Below, one piece after another: positions 39,068 through 52,425 of a DNA stretch of 64,000 bases. The position numbers were made by a program, and so were the translations under genes. Source of the DNA: Selaginella moellendorffii (taxonomy: Eukaryota; Plantae; Lycopodiophyta); the NCBI RefSeq assembly GCF_000143415.4, contig NW_003314272.1, forward strand, positions 1,682,374-1,746,373. The letters are read 5' to 3'. Under the pieces are notes generated by a model. That model saw nothing but the letters and a program-made list of their open reading frames with translations. It was not told the origin of the DNA and searched no databases. The stretch's first letter is position 1. Each line of letters begins with the position of its first letter.

Positions 39068-42000
39068 GTAGGGAGTCAAGTGAAAAATAACAAACCCACT
39101 GATAAGAAGGTCAAGTCTGCTAGCAGTGTGGGAAATAACACATGCTTTAACTATGGTGAAGCAAGACACTTTTCAAGAGAATGTCCTTACCTAAAGAAGG
39201 CTAGAGTCAATATAGTTATTATATTAAGTGAAGTCTAAACTAAGGGACATGATTTGGTCTTTAGCTCAAAATTACTCATTATAATAACAACTTTGGTAGA
39301 GAGTCGTTCATGACACCTACTAGCCTTCCAAAGAAAGCTCAAAGGTAACTTTGTTAAGATCCTTATTGACATGGATGCTTTGAATAATTTTGTGGCTGCA
39401 GATATAGTCTGACAAGCTGGACTAATGGTGCAACGGCTGGGTGAACCAAGGACTATAGAGTTTATTTAAGGTAGCTAAAGCACTAATGAGGTATTTCAAC
39501 AAGCAAGAGTCAAAGTAAGGATATGTAAAGTAGACATGGATTTCATTGTGTTGGACATAACGGGGTTTGACCTGATTTTTAAAATGGATTGGTTCAATTG
39601 ATTTGTGATAACCTTGTATGGATAAGGTAGGAACTTTGTGGTACTAGAGAATGCCCAAAGAGGGTGAAAGCATAGGATCTAAAGGTAGAGTAATGTAAAG
39701 CCAAAGACTCCTGCTTGAACTTAGTGTCCACAAGAGGATAATTCACTAAAGGAACCAAGGCAGCATTTTTATGCTTACTCTTAGTGGGGAATGACAAAAA
39801 GATAGGAATAGAAAAAATACCTTTAGTGATCTAGCGGGTGTTAGACCAATTTCTAAATACCATATTAGAGGAGTTACCGGTAGGGTTACCCCCTACACGA
39901 TTGATAAAACATAAGATCAAGTTAGTTAAGGGTGCTAAGGTAATGGCTCATCCCCCCTATTAGTTGAATGAAAAAGAATTTAAGGAGTTTAAGTGCTAAT
40001 TTGAAAAGTTGGTGGATAAAGGGTATGTTAGGTTGAATAAATCGTCGTATAAAGCATTGGTGTTAATTGTGAAAAAGAAAAATAGATCTATGCGCATGTG
40101 TATAAATTACTAGTTGCTCAACAAGTATATAAAAAAGAACAAATACCCTTTACCAAAGAATGAAGACTTGTTCGATAGTTTGGGAAAGGTGAAATACTTC
40201 TCGAGGATTGACCTAAGGTCAGGATACTACCAAATTAAGGTAGTAGAGGAAAATGTTGAAAAGACAATCTATCGGACAAGGTATGGAGACTTTGAGTTTC
40301 TCTGTGCAATGTACTAGCAATGTTTTTGGCATTGATGAACCACATTTTTGTATTCTATCTGGATCACTTCGTGGTCATTTATATTAACAACATCCTAATC
40401 TATAACGAGACCTTAGAGGAGTATGCCAAACATTTTATAAAGGTGTTCGAGAAACTAAGAGAACACAAATTGTATGCTAAAAGAGCAAATATGACTTTGC
40501 TCAACAAGAGATAAAGTTTCTCGAGCATGTGGTGGGCAAGGATGGGCTCAAGTTAGACCCTGAGAAAGTCTAAGCGATCCAAGAATAAGAATGACAATCA
40601 AATGTACATGAGTTAAGGGCATTCTTGAAGCTATGCAACTATTATCAAAAGTTTATCAAACATTATTTGAAAGTAGCCCTACCTTAAATAGACCAAATGG
40701 GAAAAAAGAAGATGCTATGGACAATAGAATGCATGTCCACCTCAAAGGGAAGTTAAGAAAGACTCATGTGTTGGCATTACCAAACTTTGGTAAAGTCTTT
40801 GAGGTAGAAATGGACACTTCAGACTTTGTGTTGAGCATAGTTTTGAAGCAAAACAACCATCCAGTGGTGATCTTCTCGAAGAAGTTGGACAAATCTCAGC
40901 AAAAGTGGCTTGCTCACGAGAAGACATTGTTTGCAGTGGTCAAGGCACTCAAGGAGTGGCAACACTACCTTGGGAGACACTTCAAAGTTTACATGGATAA
41001 TGTGGCAACGAAACACTTCTTATCACAGCTTGACCTGTGAGGAAAAAATAGAGTCCATGGGTGAATGCTTTGGCTGAGTTCAATTGCACGATTCTGTATA
41101 AACTTGGGAAGAATAATATTGTGGCAAATGCTCTAAGTCAAAAAGTGAGCTTGAAGTTAGCAATATTTAGCACAATAGCAATCTTTTGGGATGATGTGTA
41201 AATAATATATAAGAATAATGGTCTAACACAAGAAGTGTTGCTAAGGAACTAAGAGGTGTAAGAGGCTCACCAAAAAGGTGAGCCACTATGGAAGAGAAAG
41301 CAAGTTATGTGGAATATAATGGACTCATCTATTATAAATAAACAAAAGTGTATGTTCTACAAGAGGAACTAAGGAATGTAACTTTACAAGAGTTTCATAA
41401 TGGATCTTTTGTGGGACATGGCAGAGTGCCCAAGATGATAGGCTTATTTAAGAGAAAATATCACTAGCTAAACATGGCCAAACACATCTAAGATTATATA
41501 AAGATATATCTAACATATCAGCAAGTCAAAGCCGTGACTAAAGCTAGTGGGGGCTTGTTACAAAGCCTCATAATTCCAGATCATCCATGGAAATGTATTA
41601 TGATGGACTTCATCACAGGACTCCCCCAAGTGAGGGGTTTAATGTGATATTTATAGTGGTGGATTAGTTTTAAAAAATGGTATATTTTATACCCACCACA
41701 ACAGAAGTGGATGCAAAAGGTGTGGCAAAGTTGTTCTTCGAATAATTGGGTTTGAGTGCGAGAAAGGCTAGAAGAAATTATCTTAAATTGAGATAAGATC
41801 TTCATCAATAGGTTCTAAAGAACTCTTCTAAAGTAGTATTGCACCAAATTGAAATTTAGCACTACCTATCACCCACAAACAAGTATTAGGTATTGAGTCA
41901 AATTTGATACCAATGACACTTTTTAATAGATGAATAAATGAAAAGGGTGAATAGACTACTGGAGGATTATTTGCAATGCTATTTCTTCAAAGATTAAATT

Positions 42001-44422
42001 AATTGGGTAAGTCATTTGGGATTTGCAGAAATATACTATAACAACTCACCACATTTGAGTATTAGAGTGAGCCTATAGGAAGTCATCAGTGGGCAAGCTA
42101 TTGAAGGTTCTATGGAACTCGGTATGGCCGAGTATCATGGAAATTTACTTGCAATGGAGGCATTCACAGTGGAAAGACTCAACATTTAGAGTCTAGTGAG
42201 GGATTCCTTGAAACAGATTCAACAAAAACAAACTAAATATATGAATCAGAAGCAGTGAGACATAGAGTTCCAACCTGGGGAGAAAGTGTGGTTGAATACC
42301 AAAAACCTAAGGTTACCAAGTGGGATCAACCAAAAGTTGACCCAAAGGTAAAATGCATATGTTCTTGGAAATGAATTGATTTTGAGTTCTTTAAGCAAGT
42401 TCATAAGGCTTTATGAAATTGAGGCTTGAATTAGTAAAATGGTTTACTACCTTTGACTTCTTTGGGAGATGGCGAAGATGCACTTTGTGTTCCACGTGAA
42501 ATTACTCAAGCCGTATTTTGAGGATTCGCTTCGCAAGGATTAAATAATACTTTTACTTAAGGTTATCCAAGGGGAAGAAAAATACAAGGTTGAGGCCATC
42601 CTTAATACATGCAAGAGCAAGCGATAAAGATGTGAGGTGAGGGAGTTTTATATAAAGTGGAAAGAATTTCTACATTGTGAAACAACATAATAACTGAAGG
42701 AGAACTTAGCAATTGTGTAAGAACTAATAAAGGAATTTTTGCAAGATAGAACTGTATGTATTTATATAAAGTTCAATTAAAGTATCTATTTATGAAATTG
42801 AATAATGTTATATGTTGGGACCTGAAAGTGTGCCGAAGGTAAGCTAATTAGCATAGGTTAGTTAAGTTGACTAAGTATAGGGAGCTATACCTGACTCCCT
42901 ATGGGAATGTCAAATCTATAAACATATTCTATGGAGGTTGGGTTTGAGTCCCACTGTCGCGAATGTGACTTTGGGTATTGAAAGTTACCTGTCGGCCAGT
43001 CCTTACGGACACTCTTACCTTACTGCCACGACGGCAGGAGGTCGGTATTGCTGGACCCGTTATTAGTCTCTGCCTAAGCTAGTTGAGAAATTGGTCCTCG
43101 CGTGTGCACTTGACCAGATGGGCATAAGGACGGAATTCCTAAGTGCTATTAGTCAAGCATACTTGACCTGGTTAGAGAAACTCATTCGTTGACTTGCACT
43201 TACTAGTGTTGGGAACCCCCGCGATATTGAGCTTGGTCCCTCAATATTCGCTAGATGATAGCTTACTGTGTCTGCCAAACACCCTCGCTATCATGCCCTT
43301 TGTGTTAGTCTCATTTCGGTCCCAAATGTTATTTCTGGAAAGTGTCTAGATTTGCTCATTTGGCATATTTACGGAATGTAGAGATCGGCCCGAACACAAT
43401 GGTGTTCGTCCCGTGTCCAAATTCACAATCTAAGGACATTCTATATTTAGTAAATTTTGAGCTTGTCCCAGAGACTAACTCTTGATACTAAGGGAGGCTT
43501 GGGGTGAAAGCCCAAAGCGTGTGTTCCTCAAAGGGAGGGGGGGGCTGTGGGGGGTTCCAAATGTATAGTAGGGATAGTGGGTAGGTCAGGCATGGCTGAC
43601 CAACCTGAGGCATAGTCTAGCTCCCGCTTGTGTGCCTGTCCTTGTTTTGCGTTCGGCTTGGGTCTAAGCCCAAGTTCCATTCCATGTTAGGTGGTGGAGT
43701 ACCCATATCCTCACGTTAGGCCACCGGTATGCCGAAATAGCGCCAGACTCCGTTTGGCTCCGTTTTGCATGCTGGTCTTGGCATTGGGATGCTGGTTGCT
43801 CCAGGACTATTCCAAGTCGCTCCGGGCTCCTGTCCCTTCGCTCCTTGGACTATATGCTCGGGAGTTGCTTCGTGGTCTGGTTCCATCACTCCTTGGCGTC
43901 CTGCTTGGGAGTTTGGCACCGTTCCTTCGTTCAGTGGCCCAAGGCCCTGAACCTCGGATTCCTATGGACATGTGGCATGGACACGTGGTATGTGACACGT
44001 GGCATCTGTCACGTGGCACAAAGAGGGTTTAGGTTCCACTTCGTGGTGTTATCCTATGGTAAATCACCATAGAATAAAGGGTCAAAACCACGTGTGCTAC
44101 ATTTGGTATCAGAGGTAAAGTCTCGGCGAGAACTATCCAATGAGATTGGGCAACTAGTCTCGTTGCATACGCAGAGATGAAAACGATGATCCGAGTGGGT
44201 ACACGTTTTGGTGCAAAGACTTCGCATTGGTTCCTTGGGATAGGTTTTGGTTACCTTTGTGTTCCATAATATGTGAGCTTGCTCTTGGGCTCATAGGGTG
44301 GACTAAGTTGTTCCGTTACACGAGTTTGCGCTTGGGCTCGTGAGTGAGGCGGATTAGCAACTCGAGGTTACACTTTGAGTTGGTAGGATTAATGTTAGCC
44401 TATCGGTGGTTCCATAAGTTGT

Positions 44423-45085
44423 TGTGAGACACAAAATCCCTAGGCCCCAAAGTGGAGCCGGAAGGGCGCCACATGGTAGTGGCCGAAGCGAGAGCCAAAC
44501 GAGCGTAACACGTTTGGACCAGAAGCTCCGACTTGAAAAGTCAAGAGCGGGAGTGGAGCTCCCAACGAAGTGCTCGAGGAACGAGCACGAAGCGAGCAAA
44601 AGGCAAGGCTCCAAAAAGGGACCCAAAAGGACCAACACATGACACGTGGGAGTGTCCAAGATAGACTCGAGTTGGAGTCCGAAGTGGAGTCCGAGATGGA
44701 CCCGAGTTGGAGTCCGAAGTGGAGTCCGAGGTGGACCCGAGATGGACCCGAGTTGGAGTCCGAAGTGGAGTCCGAGATGGAGTCCGAGATGGAGTCCGAG
44801 ATGGAGTCCGAGGTGGACCCGAGATGGACCCGAGTTGGAGTCCGAAGTGGAGTCCGAGATGGACCCGAGATGGAGTCCGAGATGGAGTCCGAGATGGAGT
44901 CCGAGATGGAGTCCGAGGTGGACCCGAGATGGACCCAAAATGGAGTCCGAGATGGAGTCCGAGATGGACCCGAGATGGAGTCCGAGATGGAGTCCGAGAT
45001 GGACCCGAGATGGACCCGAGATGGAGTCCGAGATGGAGTCCGAGATGGAGTCCGAAGTCGAGACCGAGACCGGGACCGAGACCGG

Positions 45086-45116
<31 letters not shown>

Positions 45117-48100
45117 GCCGAGGCCGAGACTAAGCCCGAGCCCGAGTCCGAGTCCGAATCCGAGTCCGAGTCCGAGTCCGAGTCCGAGTCCGAGTCCGAG
45201 TCCGAGTCCGAGTCCGGAGCCTGAGAGGGTGAAAGCCCAAAGCGTTCGTCTCCCAGACCCTGGGGGGTTTGGTGAGCCCCAAAAGTATAGTAGGGGGAGG
45301 ACTGCAGTGGAGCCAGTTTGGCCAGGAAAGGCCAGTTTGGACCAGGAAGGCCAGACCCAGTGTTGGGTGATGAGCTGCCCACTGGGAAGTCCAAGACTAG
45401 AGTGAACACAGACCGACAAGCGGGGTAGCTTGGTGAAGTGTTCAAGGGCCGGCTCTAGTTCCCCTGGGAGATCGACTGGCCGATGCTCCCAGTCCAAGTG
45501 TGGGTGGCACTACCTACTTGGATACCTGGTGTGGCTCAATGGAACCCGCTCTAAGCCCATGGCTAGAGCACCCAAGGGCAGAAGGCGAGGAGAGTACCTA
45601 GGTGGCTCGCGTAAGGCCACAGTGTTCCAAAATGTTGTCCCAAAGGCCCAGACTGTGGAAAGGAAGAGGAGCAGTCCTCTGGGGTAGTGACCAAGGACAC
45701 AGTCGTGTGGTGAGGAAGTCCCAGAGGACCGTGGGACTTAGTGGTCGGGCCTGTGGGTCTCGGTCCAGTGGCAGTGTTGGCAAACACGGCCAGGGGCAGA
45801 AAGGGACTTAGTGGGGACTGACAGAGGGATATTGGGGAAGGCTATTCCCCTTGTCGGTGGGCATCCTAAGGATGCTAAGGGGTGGATCTGAGATGACCAC
45901 TCACGGATGGTTTGCCTAGTCTTGGGGAGCCAAGACTGTGATGCAAGGGGTATTGGACTACCAGTGTGGCAAAGGTGATTGAGCATGGCCTTAGCGTAAC
46001 GGGCTGCTATGTCGGTGGTACCTTTGAGTGTCGGTCATGGGATCGGACACGTGGAGCACTTGGACCAAGTGCAAATGTTGAGTGGCATGGATGCCATTCT
46101 CGGGGCTAGCAAGTCCCAAGTCCTGGATTGGACTTATGGAGGTTGTGAATGAGACTCCTCCAAGTGGTCGGAGGTGTGGTTAAGTGACTAAAGTAGAATG
46201 GAAAATTTAGTCGCTTACAACTTGGTATCGGAGCTGTTCCTTAGTCCGACTTTTATTGGTGCTCAAGTATATCACCACTAGTGTTGGCATCAGAAGGTCC
46301 GAGGAGTGGGCCTGTCCTTGAGGAGTAGCAAGTCGGGAAGACATGGCTCTCCATTACAGTTCATGTGTGAACTTGTAGACGAGGTGGTGGATAGAAAAGG
46401 GCCAATAATGGAACGACTTTGGGATCTTGGGAACAGTGCAAGGTTTTCCTCATTGAGTTGAGGATGTGATCCGGCTGAGCATTTGTCTCAGCAAATTGGC
46501 TAAGGTTGTTGTGGTAAACAACTAAAGCTGGGATCACGGGAAAGATAGAGACTCCAAAACAATAAAGGAGTCACAGGATTATCCTCATATAGTCGAGGTT
46601 GGTGCTCATGAATGTGAGACCAAAGGTAATGACCGTGGAAGGTCAAATACGGAAGAGGACTCAAGCCCTTGAAAAGGTAGCCGGGGCTACCTCTAATAAA
46701 TGCTGGAACAACCCAAGGAGTTGGGGGTGTATTAAGTGGATGAGTTGGTGTTCTCATCACATGGACAAGTAGTCCTAAGGGGCAAAGGTTGGCCCCAGGG
46801 AACAAAATCAAGTGTCGGAGTAACACTTGTGAAAATAGTCCTTTTGAGTAGGACAGGAATGCAAGAAGTGTATTCCAGTGAGCTAGTGCCTCACAAGTAG
46901 GACCTTACGGGTCTGTGGATTAACCAAGTCCAAAACTGCTGGATGACTCAAGTAGAGTCAACGGATGGTCCTAAAAGGACAGATGGAAGCATTTGGACTG
47001 AGGTGTGTTGTACCCCACAAAGGATTGGGGGGGGGATCATAGGATCCAAGGATGAGAACAGAGGGTATCTCATCAATGGCAGAATGTGCCATGCTAAAGT
47101 TATGGGAAAGGTGTTCCCAGAAGAAAACAACTTTGACATAAAGTTGTGTGTGACCTCTATGGTGCAGTGCTAACGGATGGTTGGCATAAGAAAGAGCGGT
47201 GTTGGTCTTGGCAAAAGACTTAGACACGAAGGGGAAATGTCATAGAGGTGGGCTCGTGGAGCCGATGGTGTGGAGACACCAAATGTGCTAAGGTGTGATA
47301 CCTTGAGGCTATGTTGGTGGGTTCATGAGAACCCCTTGCCAAAGGAATTCCAATGGGAATGGGAATAGCATAGCCTAAGTTGCAGAGCATGCAGTTGGAG
47401 TGTGGTGACCCAGATAATGATGGAGGTGTGAAAGCACCAAGCAATGAGTTGTAGGACTTGACAACTATGAGGCAACTAAGCAAGAGGTGCAAAATAACTG
47501 GTTAAACGAGTAGAAGGTAGCTACCCAAGACTTCTTAATAGCATAAGGAAGTTGGATATACCCTTACGGGGGATAAGTTGCTTATGTTGCGATATAGTAA
47601 GTCAATGTCATAAAAGGGAATACTCATTGTCAAGAAAGCCATCATTGGGACACCCGAACACTCTAGAACACCAGAAGGTGGTGTTTGATGTCACGAGGGC
47701 AATGGATAAAGCCCAAGGGACTAAGTCCCTAGCGAATGATGGATAGAAGGTGCTATCGAAATGTCCAAGGTTGCGGAGACAGGAGAGGACTGTCTACCCG
47801 AGTTGGACAAAGCCAAAAATGGAATTTTGGCAAGGCTAGTGATGGGCATGTAAAGGCCCATAAGCAACAATGTAATCCCAGTGTGTTGGATTATAAGGTG
47901 AGCATACCCGGATTGAGGAACCACTCCCTAGGCTATTGGGTAGGTTCATCCCTAAGAATACTTGCTAAGGCATGATAGAAAGTGCAAAGCTATCCTCCTG
48001 CTCTGGAGGAGAATGACCAAAGGAAAGGTGTGAAGCCAAAAAGCAAGAAGTAAGGGGATAGAACCGAACCATAGGAATCAAAGGGCATAACCAAGGTTGG

Positions 48101-51041
48101 TTATGCTAGCTGGGAGTGGAGAATCAAGAGGGTGCTCGAGGATGTTGTTGCTAGCAACCGTGATGCCATGGAGAGTCTAAAATATGGAATTGTCCATGTT
48201 AGACTATATGGCAACTATAAAGCTTGCGAAAGGGGAGGCCTTAGCAAGTTGAGGGACAGAGTTCCTTCAAGGTTCCCAAAGACGATTCTAGGTAGCGTAG
48301 TACCTAGAAAGGCCAAGTGTAAATGGTTCATGGAACGCGCGAAATCAGAGTGGCGCAGCAGAAGCGTGGTCTTGAAGCTTGCCATGAGGCAAGGTTATCA
48401 AGGTTAGGGAAGTAGTTCCCGAGTGTTCAAAGAGAGGGCTTTGAACGAAAGTCGATGGTCAAGGACTTTCACGCTCATGCAGGAACCATGTTACAATGGT
48501 CGGAGAACTTGCCAAGTGAGATTGGCACGTCGGGGGAACAAAGGCCCTAGTTGAAGGTGATAACTTCAAAAAGGGTGGGCCGTGGGGCCGAGCATGGAGG
48601 AGTCCATGCATGATCACAGACATGTCAAGTGAGAGGACTTGGCAGTGTGGAGGAACTAGGTTCCTAAGCTGTGATCTGTAGCGCGCTTTAAAAATAGGTT
48701 GGTGCACCGGCGTGGGGAGTCACGCCAGGCATCTAGTGTGATGCCGTCCGTAGATGCATATACGGAGGTTGGGTTCGAGTCCCGACCCTCTAGTGCTTGG
48801 GTTCGAGTCCCAAATCACTAGGGCGTGGTGATGGTTTGGAATATGAGGACACTCATATTTCGGTGGTCATGGACTCTCAGTGGGGAGACTGGTTTGGGCA
48901 CACCGCCAAGCGAGGGATGCCTCGGAGTCGTGATGCACGGTTAGATTGCTTAGTGTGAAAGCTCAGCATATCTAACTTGAACACTTTGGTGCAAGTGGCA
49001 CCAAGGTCGTGGTGAGTGAGATGGGGACACCTAATCTCAGTTGCTATGAACCCTTGGCCGTAAGGGCTAGTTTGGGTGCACCGCCAAGTGTGGGGGATGC
49101 CCCCGGGGTTATAGTCAACAACTTGGAGGTCTAGAAAACCAGGTACCTCTTGGCAACTCTGTTAAGGTGCCAAGGTGAGATCACTAAGTGATCTTATGGC
49201 CAGAAAAGGACAAGGTCCTTGGTTGGCTAAGGAATGAAGTTCCTGGTTCAAAATGTTGAAATTGAACTGTTAAAGGTGGTGTGGCTTGGTCGTGATAACC
49301 AAGTGGGAAGAGCACCTAAGGGAAATAAACTATGTCCGTGCGATGGCATAGTGAGTCCGAGGAAAGTAGTCTCTATAAAAGACCCATGGGAGGGTCACGA
49401 AGTTGGGCCGTGGATAGAGCCCATAGCAGAAGATGCTAAAGAGACGTACTAGGGGTGAACATCCTCCGGACTTGGCAAAGAAGAGTCTTTGCTATGGAAC
49501 CGAAACAATACCTCAAGGAGGGAGGTAGAGATTTGATGATGCTTGGTGCAACAATCAACAGATAGGAGCAAAAGATGAGTGGCCAAGATACGGCCGTGGA
49601 ATCCCTTGGAAGGAATCCAAGTGACAAAGTTAGGCGAGGAACACTAATGTGTTGGACGCTAACGAGTTGCGGGAAAGGAAGTGTGTTTCCAAGGAGGGAT
49701 TCCGAATTGCTCCGATTTGGCGAAAGTGGAAGCTCCAAGGGAGGGAGCGGTAAGGTAGCCAAATGATAGGGCGATGAACAGCCCTAGCACAAAGTATGAT
49801 AACTGGAACTTTGACACGAAATAGAAGAGAGGATGATGGTGCCCTCGAGTAGAGAACTTCCTAGGATGGGAAGTGGAGTTGCACAAAAGGTGCAAGGCAA
49901 GGTGTTGGAGACACCTAGGAAATTGACTCCAAGAAGTCAAAATTCAAAGTTCCAAAGTGCAAAGGTTATATCGATGGAAATTGAGACTACTCGAGAAGGA
50001 GTAGTGGGATTGACTTAGAGAAGGGTCTCTAAGAGGTTTAGCGAGAACTAAACCAATAAAAGGAGAGAACCACTCCATGTGGTCCAATCAGTCTCTAAGT
50101 TGGGGAGACTACCCTCCTTAGAGGATAGGCAAGGCATGGTGAGCCTTTGGTGTCAAACCATTGAGGCATATGCAAAAGGCATGGTGAGCCTTCAATGTCA
50201 AACCATTGACAAATATTGGCTAGGTGCCAAGGATGGAAATGGTAACACATACGAGTGTTACTTTACAAAATGGTTTACCGTTCGATGAGGACATCGAACT
50301 TCGTCTATGGGTGGTGGAGTTGTGAGACACAAAATCCCTAGGCCCCAAAGTGGAGCCGGAAGGGCGCCACATGGTAGTGGCCGAAGCGAGAGCCAAACGA
50401 GCGTAACACGTTTGGACCAGAAGCTCCGACTTGAAAAGTCAAGAGCGGGAGTGGAGCTCCCAACGAAGTGCTCGAGGAACGAGCACGAAGCGAGCAAAAG
50501 GCAAGGCTCCAAAAAGGGACCCAAAAGGACCAACACATGACACGTGGGAGTGTCCAAGATGGACTCGAGTTGGAGTCCGAAGTGGAGTCCGAGATGGACC
50601 CGAGTTGGAGTCCGAAGTGGAGTCCGAGGTGGACCCGAGATGGACCCGAGTTGGAGTCCGAAGTGGAGTCCGAGATGGAGTCCAAGATGGAGTCCGAGAT
50701 GGAGTCCGAGGTGGACCCGAGATGGACCCGAGTTGGAGTCCGAAGTGGAGTCCGAGATGGACCCGAGATGGAGTCCGAGATGGAGTCCGAGATGGAGTCC
50801 GAGGTGGACCCGAGATGGACCCAAAATGGAGTCCGAGATGGAGTCCGAGATGGACCCGAGATGGAGTCCGAGATGGACCCGAGATGGAGTCCGAGATGGA
50901 CCCGAGATGGAGTCCGAGATGGAGTCCGAGATGGACCCGAGATGGACCCGAGATGGAGTCCGAGATGGAGTCCGAGATGGAGTCCGAGATGGAGTCCGAG
51001 ATGGAGTCCGAAGTCGAGACCGAGACCGGGACCGAGACCGG

Positions 51042-51072
<31 letters not shown>

Positions 51073-52175
51073 GCCGAGGCCGAGACCAAGCCCGAGCCCG
51101 AGTCTGAGTCCGAATCCGAGTCCGAGTCCGAGTCCGAGTCCGAGTCCGAGTCCGAGTCCGAGTCCGAGTCCGGAGCCTGAGAGGGTGAAAGCCCAAAGCG
51201 TTCGTCTCCCAGACCCTGGGGGGTTTGGTGAGCCCCAAAAGTATAGTAGGGGGAGGACTGCAGTGGAGCCAGTTTGGCCAGGAAAGGCCAGTTTGGACCA
51301 GGAAGGCCAGACCCAGTGTTGGGTGATGAGCTGCCCACTGGGAAGTCCAAGACTAGAGTGAACACAGACCGACAAGCGGGGTAGCTTGGTGAAGTGTTCA
51401 AGGGCCGGCTCTAGTTCCCCTGGGAGATCGACTGGCCGATGCTCCCAGTCCAAGTGTGGGTGGCACTACCTACTTGGATACCTGGTGTGGCTCAATGGAA
51501 CCCGCTCTAAGCCCATGGCTAGAGCACCCAAGGGCAGAAGGCGAGGAGAGTACCTAGGTGGCTCGCGTAAGGCCACGGTGTTCCAAAATGTTGTCCCAAA
51601 GGCCCAGACTGTGGAAAGGAAGAGGAGCAGTCCTCTGGGGTAGTGACCAAGGACACAGTCGTGTGGTGAGGAAGTCCCAGAGGACCGTGGGACTTAGTGG
51701 TCGGGCCTGTGGGTCTCGGTCCAGTGGCAGTGTTGGCAAACACGGCCAGGGGCAGAAAGGGACTTAGTGGGGACTGACAGAGGGATATTGGGGAAGGCTA
51801 TTCCCCTTGTCGGTGGGCATCCTAAGGATGCTAAGGAGTGGATCTGAGATGACCACTCACGGATGGTTTGCCTAGTCTTGGGGAGCCAAGACTGTGATGC
51901 AAGGGGTATTGGACTACCAGTGTGGCAAAGGTGATTGGGCATGGCCTTAGCATAACGGGCTGCTATGTCGGTGGTACCTTTGAGTGTCGGTCATGGGATC
52001 GGACACGTGGAGCACTTGGACCAAGTGCAAATGTTGAGTGGCATGGATGCCATTCTCGGGGCTAGCAAGTCCCAAGTCCTGGATTGGACTTATGGAGGTT
52101 GTGAATGAGACTCCTCCAAGTGGTCGGAGGTGTGGTTAAGTGACTAAAGTAGAATGGAAAATTTAGTCGCTTACA
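44423..52175 (+). mobile_element. B2: second full-length non-autonomous B element, LTRs 44423-46219 and 50321-52175, TSD GTTGT
   Basis: PBS TGGTATCGGAGC after 46219, PPT TATGGGTGGTGGAGT before 50321, GTTGT on both sides, and the interior is a close reverse-complement match to B1. Confidence 0.95.
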
Positions 52176-52425
52176 GTTGTTCCATGTACCATGGGTGAAA
52201 GCAAACCTCCCTGGGTTTGCTATGAGTGGCAAATAGGCTGGTCCATAGCTGTTTAGCACGGCACTAGTGGATCCTTCCTAGGTATGATTATAAGTGGATC
52301 AATCAAAGACTATAGGGATTAGTCTATTGGTTCAAGTAATCATGGCCGTGCTCTCTCATAAACTTTTCTTGGATTGAACTGAAGGCAGTGCGAAAGCAAG
52401 CTTGAGGTTTGGTCAAAGATGAGAC

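Larger units (their letters stand above)
22064..42954 (+). mobile_element. A0: old degenerate Ty3/gypsy chromovirus, the host of the nest; pieces 22064-22848, 30525-31124, 39073-42954; 3' end lies beyond the C insertion
   Basis: LTR remnant ends GCTTACA at 22378, followed by primer-binding site (PBS) ATTTGGTATCGAAGCC. Decayed gag, zinc knuckle, PR, RT (KNKYPLP, DLRSGYYQI), RH, INT and chromodomain are colinear with A1. Confidence 0.9.
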
